Shown in pieces: positions 58,729-62,752 of a stretch of DNA of 62,752 nt (positions are counted from its first letter, which is position 1; every line of letters starts with the position of its first letter). Source of the stretch: a virus; IMG/VR virus record IMGVR_UViG_3300032435_000007; one strand, given 5' to 3'. Position numbers and translations under genes: made by a program. The notes below the pieces were generated by a model. The model was given only the letters and a program-made list of their open reading frames with translations. It was not told where the DNA came from and did not search any database.

Positions 58729-59205
58729 CTAAGCAATACGGATAATCGCCGTAGTTGAAGCTGCTGCCGGGAACACAATAGTAAGATCACCCGCGGTGGC
58801 TGTTTTGTCGGTCCCAAAATCAAGCACCGCTACCGCGGCGTTAGTTAAGGCCGTGTTAGCGTTACTATTCGCGGAAGGGGTGTTGTTGTATATCACACAC
58901 CCACGCGCCGTTGTGGACACATTGGTGAATACAAGGTCGGTGAAGTCCAACCAGCCCACACCCGCAATAGCGTTGGTGTTAGTTGTAACCACACCAAGAT
59001 TCGCCAGTGCCGCGCCACCAGCAGTATAATTTGTGCCTGTAGATTCGTTGGTAGCTGAATACGCGGTTGTGTTAGCATCAATTGTTGCGGTAGACGTATA
59101 CAACGCTAGTTTGAAAGTATCACCCCCACCTGTAGCCCTAAAATCATGCACCCCAAGGAGAAGTTCTGCCTTGAACGAAGTACACATTGCTTGGGAAATA
59201 GCCAT
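58729..59205 (-). CDS. virion structural protein candidate (158 aa)
   Basis: Beta-rich and Thr/Ala/Asn-rich. Located in the head-tail joining region. Confidence 0.45.
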   Translation of the reverse strand: MAISQAMCTSFKAELLLGVHDFRATGGGDTFKLALYTSTATIDANTTAYSATNESTGTNYTAGGAALANLGVVTTNTNAIAGVGWLDFTDLVFTNVSTTARGCVIYNNTPSANSNANTALTNAAVAVLDFGTDKTATAGDLTIVFPAAASTTAIIRIA

Positions 59206-59216
59206 TATTACGCCCC

Positions 59217-59504
59217 CTATAAATCTAAAATACCAACCAATTCAGGGTGCCCTGCCTGTTTGAACTTACTCACCAGACTAACATTCCTACTCCGCATTGC
59301 TTCATTCAAGTAGAACACAAGCACCTGCCGTATACTCTCTTTATAAGTTTCAGCTTGATCCCGCAATACTGGGTCTACGTTGGTACCTACAGATAGTATA
59401 CGCGATAATGCCCGTTCTGCCAACTCCTCTACTGACGCGCCGCGCCCAGAAGTCGTCTCTACTGTTACACCTCCAAGAAAAGTACCTACTTCATCGGTAA
59501 ACAT
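59217..59504 (-). CDS. hypothetical protein (95 aa)
   Basis: Tightly packed late-strand ORF. Confidence 0.5.
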   Translation of the reverse strand: MFTDEVGTFLGGVTVETTSGRGASVEELAERALSRILSVGTNVDPVLRDQAETYKESIRQVLVFYLNEAMRSRNVSLVSKFKQAGHPELVGILDL

Positions 59505-59507
59505 ATT

Positions 59508-60167
59508 TTATCCTACTGGTATCTGTACGGGGGTGTTCCTAAAATTATCGGAGCGGTTTTTCCCCTCTCCAAGTACTTTCAACGCCGCCATGGCTTCGTC
59601 GTACCGGCCCTTGTAAACAACAATCACATCCTCTGGGGATTGCATGAACACAGCAGCTTCCAACAACGCGCCGTATAGAAGTACCTGATCAAAATTGTCC
59701 CCAAGCCATGTGGTTGTAGCTGTGACTATGCTCTCTGGTTGGTAGTAATAATGTAGTTCCGAGACGTAAGACGCATCAGGGACTGGGGCTACAACAAAAG
59801 TAGTGTCGTCGAAAATAGCGTAATATTGTGGAAGCCCTGTAACTGTTGGGTCCGGGAAGGACTCCCGAAGGAAACTAACTTCTCTATTAGACAGAAAGCT
59901 GTACTTGCCATCCCCATCAACAACAGAAAGTTCATATGTAGCCAGCCAGTCTGTGGGGGTTGTCAGATACCTGTTACTAGCAGTGAAGTTACCTGTCTGG
60001 TTTTTGCGGAAGTTGGGCAACTCTACGTTATTATATATACGGTTTTCCGCCTGTTGGATAAAGGTGTCTATCTGCTCCGTAGACGTAAGGCCACCTGACC
60101 CCGGAGTATCCGGGAAATCATTTTCGGCGTACGCCTTTATTGTATTGAGGAGGACAGTGTAATTCAT
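59508..60167 (-). CDS. head-tail connector / head-completion candidate (219 aa)
   Basis: Positioned after the adaptor gene. The pattern IDTFIQQAENRIY..GLPQYYAIFDD..APVPD recalls connector-type proteins. From memory only. Confidence 0.4.
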   Translation of the reverse strand: MNYTVLLNTIKAYAENDFPDTPGSGGLTSTEQIDTFIQQAENRIYNNVELPNFRKNQTGNFTASNRYLTTPTDWLATYELSVVDGDGKYSFLSNREVSFLRESFPDPTVTGLPQYYAIFDDTTFVVAPVPDASYVSELHYYYQPESIVTATTTWLGDNFDQVLLYGALLEAAVFMQSPEDVIVVYKGRYDEAMAALKVLGEGKNRSDNFRNTPVQIPVG

Positions 60168-60310
60168 CAGCCCATTTTCTGGCTAGCGCCAGTACCTTTT
60201 GTAGCCGCGCCAGTGCCGCGCACCTTGAGGGTCTGCGTATTCGCAATTTTGTTAGGGTACCCGCATACATTAGGTACTGGGACGGATTTTGGTTGGTTGT
60301 ACTTGTTCAT
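60167..60310 (-). CDS. hypothetical small protein (47 aa)
   Basis: Overlaps the neighbouring gene at both ends (TGATG upstream, ATGA downstream). Below the ORF-track cutoff. Confidence 0.45.
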   Translation of the reverse strand: MNKYNQPKSVPVPNVCGYPNKIANTQTLKVRGTGAATKGTGASQKMG

Positions 60311-60663
60311 CAGCTTATCTCCACAGACACAGTTCCTACGGCTCCTGCCCCTACCATAGTATCAGGAATGCCTGATAACCCCAAGACATTATTCATTCCC
60401 ACAGGGTTCCAGCCCCACTGAATGTCGCGGGACTGTTCTTCACTATTATCAGGGCGGGACTTACGTAGCGCTTGAGGGTCAACCACAGGGTACATACCCT
60501 GCATGTTTTGTGGTTGGTCAGGCTCCCAGCATTCACGGCAAACCAACAGGCCGGTCTTCCGCATTTTTACTACGGTTTCTTTCAACTGAGACAGTTTATA
60601 TTGGAATCCACAACGGTCACATATAGCAATAGCCTTTTTACCGGCAGCGAAGCGCGTGCCCAT
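60310..60663 (-). CDS. zinc-ribbon protein (117 aa)
   Basis: CDRCG...(22 aa)...CRECW. Confidence 0.6.
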   Translation of the reverse strand: MGTRFAAGKKAIAICDRCGFQYKLSQLKETVVKMRKTGLLVCRECWEPDQPQNMQGMYPVVDPQALRKSRPDNSEEQSRDIQWGWNPVGMNNVLGLSGIPDTMVGAGAVGTVSVEIS

Positions 60664-60666
60664 ATT

Positions 60667-61371
60667 CTATCTCCCTATATGCGGAACGATACGAAGAGTG
60701 GCTTTCTCACGATCTTCGTCAGCCGCCATCCCCCACTGTTCTATATACTCCTGTTTCAGCAGGGCAGAGCGTTCTAACGCGCCGGGGAGCTTCAGGGAGA
60801 GATTATAAGCTAGTCCAGAAACAAGGCAGGGGAGGAAACGATAGGGAACATCCTGTGTGTTCAGTCCATCACCAGCATCTTCAATCCTACGTAGCCTCCA
60901 GTATAGCATAGTGTAATCACCGCTATCCGGCACAGGCCAAACGGTAACCGTGGGGGCAGCTAGCCGGTTAATCCATAGCTGTATGGGCCTACCGGTGCTG
61001 GTCTTATTAGGTATAGTTGCGTAGGTAGATACACTTATACGGGAGATGTTAATATCAGACTGGGTTGTACCAGAACCCGTGCGTATAACCTGATCCATCA
61101 AATCTACTGTGTCGGCTGGAAGATCGTAAGTGGCCGTGCCTGCAACCAGCGGGATAGAGCCTTCTTCTACAGTCCATAGGTTTATGCCGCGGTTGCTCCA
61201 CTCCATCATAAGGAGATTGAGGCTGCGGCGGGCTGTCTTCATATCATAGCCGGTACGGACCTCGCGCCCACACCGTTCAAACGCCTCTTCAACGATAGCG
61301 TTCAAGTCCAGATTGGCAGATGTTGTGCCAGTAGTGGCCATTACGTCCTCAACTTCACTTTCGTATGCCAT
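60667..61371 (-). CDS. head-tail adaptor, T7 gp11-like (234 aa)
   Basis: LNAIVEEAFERCG...ARRSLNLLMMEWSNRGINLWTVEEG is colinear with the T7 gp11 N-terminus (VNDILASIG...[24 protein letters not shown]). GGAAGGA RBS. Confidence 0.5.
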   Translation of the reverse strand: MAYESEVEDVMATTGTTSANLDLNAIVEEAFERCGREVRTGYDMKTARRSLNLLMMEWSNRGINLWTVEEGSIPLVAGTATYDLPADTVDLMDQVIRTGSGTTQSDINISRISVSTYATIPNKTSTGRPIQLWINRLAAPTVTVWPVPDSGDYTMLYWRLRRIEDAGDGLNTQDVPYRFLPCLVSGLAYNLSLKLPGALERSALLKQEYIEQWGMAADEDREKATLRIVPHIGR

Positions 61372-61523
61372 TTATCCTTCCGGTCACGTTTGACCTTCTC
61401 GGACTCCGCTTCAGAGGCAGGTTTTGCCTGCCTCTCCTTTATGTTCAACTGCCTACGCATATTCCCCGGTTGATAAATTGCTTTATCCCGCTGGAGCTTT
61501 CTAGTGCGTGCAGTAGCTTTCAT
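61341..61523 (-). CDS. very basic small ORF (60 aa), uncertain
   Basis: Lys/Arg-rich. The stop overlaps an internal ATG of the adaptor ORF (TAATG). Weak RBS. Confidence 0.3.
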   Translation of the reverse strand: MKATARTRKLQRDKAIYQPGNMRRQLNIKERQAKPASEAESEKVKRDRKDKWHTKVKLRT

Positions 61524-61683
61524 GTAATACTACTTCTTCTTCTTCACTTTACCACCACGTTTCAAAAGACTGGTGTTTGCGTTCATAGCGGGTTTAAGCC
61601 CCTGCCCTCCCGAATAAGTTCTAGGTTGGCTTGCTTGCGCAGACGGGTCTTACCCCGCTTTGCACATCCATCAGCTTTATGTA

Positions 61684-62073
61684 TTATATCATCCTTCCTC
61701 TAGTACGGCCTCTTTTAGCAATCCCATCGCCTACACGCCCGCCTTTGGCATAGCCGGGATTTTTCTTAGCGGATTTAGCGCGTGTGTCTTTGTTCTGCTT
61801 CTGCATACGCTCCAAGAAGTCTCTGCGCTCCGCGGTATCTGGCACAGTTTTAGGACCCCCAGTTACGGGTTCCTTCTGTTTAACGTTGTTGTTTACCCTG
61901 CCGCCCTTGGCCATTTTCTTGGCCCCACCTTTTTTCTTTTCCCCCTCCATGGCGGCAGCAAGGGCTTCCTCACTGTCGTCCTTGGGACGCAACAACTTAC
62001 CAAAAAGGCCTTGGCCGTTAATAGCCCCTATAAGGGGGGATATAGAGCCAGCTATTTTACCCAACTTACTCAT
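61684..62073 (-). CDS. basic Gly/Lys-rich protein with a C-terminal KGGRVGDGIAKRGRTRGR motif (129 aa)
   Basis: Shares its C-terminal motif with the upstream 224-aa paralog. Confidence 0.6.
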   Translation of the reverse strand: MSKLGKIAGSISPLIGAINGQGLFGKLLRPKDDSEEALAAAMEGEKKKGGAKKMAKGGRVNNNVKQKEPVTGGPKTVPDTAERRDFLERMQKQNKDTRAKSAKKNPGYAKGGRVGDGIAKRGRTRGRMI

Positions 62074-62747
62074 TACACAAACCTTCCCTTAGTACGCCCA
62101 CTTTTGGCGCACCCATCACCTACACGGCCCCCTTTGGCGAGTTTTTTGATACTACCCCCCTTGGCGGCTTTGGTGCTACTAGCCGCTGCGAGCCTTCGCT
62201 TTTGAGAGGCCGCGGCTTTTTTTTCTGTTTCGCGGATATCTCTGCTGCGCACTTCACTCGCCCAGCTCCCAATATCGCTTATAGCTTTACGCACGGCTGG
62301 ACCCGCTTTATTTGCCAAGGAGTCTTTATCTACGACCATAGACGTAGGGTGTTTCTGTGGCCCACCAACAACTTTGGTACCTCTGGTGGTGCCCCCCGCT
62401 TTTGGGAGGTCTTTACTATTCACATCCGAAGGTTTTTTCGCTGCTGGGGGTGTAAACCCTTTCCCCGCTAATGAGCCTGTGTATTTGGTTTCTTTCTTGG
62501 CCGCAGCAGCGCGTAAAGCATCCGAAGGTTTTTTCGCTGCTGGGGGTGTAAACCCTTTCCCCGCTAATGAGCCTGTGTATTTGGTTTCTTTCTTGGCCGC
62601 AGCCTCGGTTTCTTTCTTGGGGGCGGCCTTACCAGCTTTTTCCCCCTCGTAATCAGTATTCCATTTTTTACCATTCCACGAGAATGTACCCCCCGCGCCT
62701 TTGGCTTTGCGCGCCGCTGCGAATGCTTGTTTGAAACTCTGGGCCAT
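62073..62747 (-). CDS. basic Ala/Lys-rich protein with an internal 32-aa duplication and a C-terminal KGGRVGDGCAKSGRTKGR motif (224 aa)
   Basis: AAKKETKYTGSLAGKGFTPPAAKKPSD x2. Its 5' end lies in the 123-bp terminal overlap. Confidence 0.6.
   Translation of the reverse strand: MAQSFKQAFAAARKAKGAGGTFSWNGKKWNTDYEGEKAGKAAPKKETEAAAKKETKYTGSLAGKGFTPPAAKKPSDALRAAAAKKETKYTGSLAGKGFTPPAAKKPSDVNSKDLPKAGGTTRGTKVVGGPQKHPTSMVVDKDSLANKAGPAVRKAISDIGSWASEVRSRDIRETEKKAAASQKRRLAAASSTKAAKGGSIKKLAKGGRVGDGCAKSGRTKGRFV
62423..62603. repeat. 85-bp perfect direct repeat at a 96-bp period (62423-62507 and 62519-62603)
   Basis: Read directly. Encodes the duplicated 32-aa segment. Confidence 0.9.
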
Positions 62748-62752
62748 ATTAT
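62630..62752. repeat. terminal overlap, identical to 1-123
   Basis: See the first feature. Confidence 0.95.

Noticed and set aside
61684-61699. A programmed -1 frameshift linking the 129-aa gene to the start-less third motif copy
   Set aside because: There is no X XXY YYZ slippery heptamer at the frame junction (GGAAGGATGATATAA) and no obvious downstream structure. A decayed paralog or an indel is more likely.
1-62752. tRNA, tmRNA or rRNA genes
   Set aside because: I recognised no cloverleaf-like segments in the few non-coding gaps (11.2-11.6, 12.2-12.5, 12.9-13.5, 48.76-49.08 kb). This was not a rigorous scan, and tRNAscan-SE should confirm it.

Overview
The window is a complete, circularly assembled genome of a virulent, podovirus-like dsDNA phage. 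Bases 1-123 are identical to 62630-62752, so the unique length is about 62,629 bp.

It has two arms.

(1) A plus-strand early and DNA-metabolism arm runs from about 11.5 to 35.5 kb. It carries sigma70-like promoters and many small ORFs. Recognisable products are a MoxR-type AAA+ ATPase with a VWA/HExxH partner, a VRR-NUC nuclease, a family-A DNA polymerase, a SAM methyltransferase, a glycosyltransferase, a DnaA-domain-IV-like protein, a Cas4-like nuclease, a pentapeptide-repeat protein, an HNH nuclease, an SNF2 helicase, an SSB-like protein and an AEP primase-SF3 helicase.

(2) A minus-strand virion and lysis arm of about 38 kb runs from 11.2 kb down to base 1, then wraps from 62.75 kb down to 35.5 kb. 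In transcription order it encodes terS, terL, portal, a GroES-like protein, scaffold, major capsid protein and a second glycosyltransferase. These are followed by basic paralogs, a gp11-like adaptor, a lysis cassette (M15 endolysin, holin, spanins), a BTLCP-like cysteine peptidase and repeat-module tail fibers. The arm ends with internal-virion proteins, including an SLT transglycosylase and a 2341-aa HExxH giant protein.

I recognised no integrase, RNA polymerase, tRNA or CRISPR array.

The most notable observations:
- An 11-13 bp palindrome (CTAACAWTGTTAG) sits in front of almost every early gene between 12.4 and 21.1 kb.
- terL is interrupted in its P-loop by an intein carrying the class 3 (Trp-Cys-Thr) signature and a LAGLIDADG endonuclease.
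- A perfect 21-bp x5 iteron array lies between terS and the first early promoter.
- A duplicated 99-bp module contains a T7-like CTCACTATAG core, although no phage RNAP gene is present.
- An ATTGTAA heptamer cluster lies next to a divergent RHH regulator gene.
- The pentapeptide-repeat gene is flanked by 18-bp direct repeats and followed by a frameshifted zinc-finger ORF.

All functional calls come from motif and pattern recognition by eye. No database search was run.
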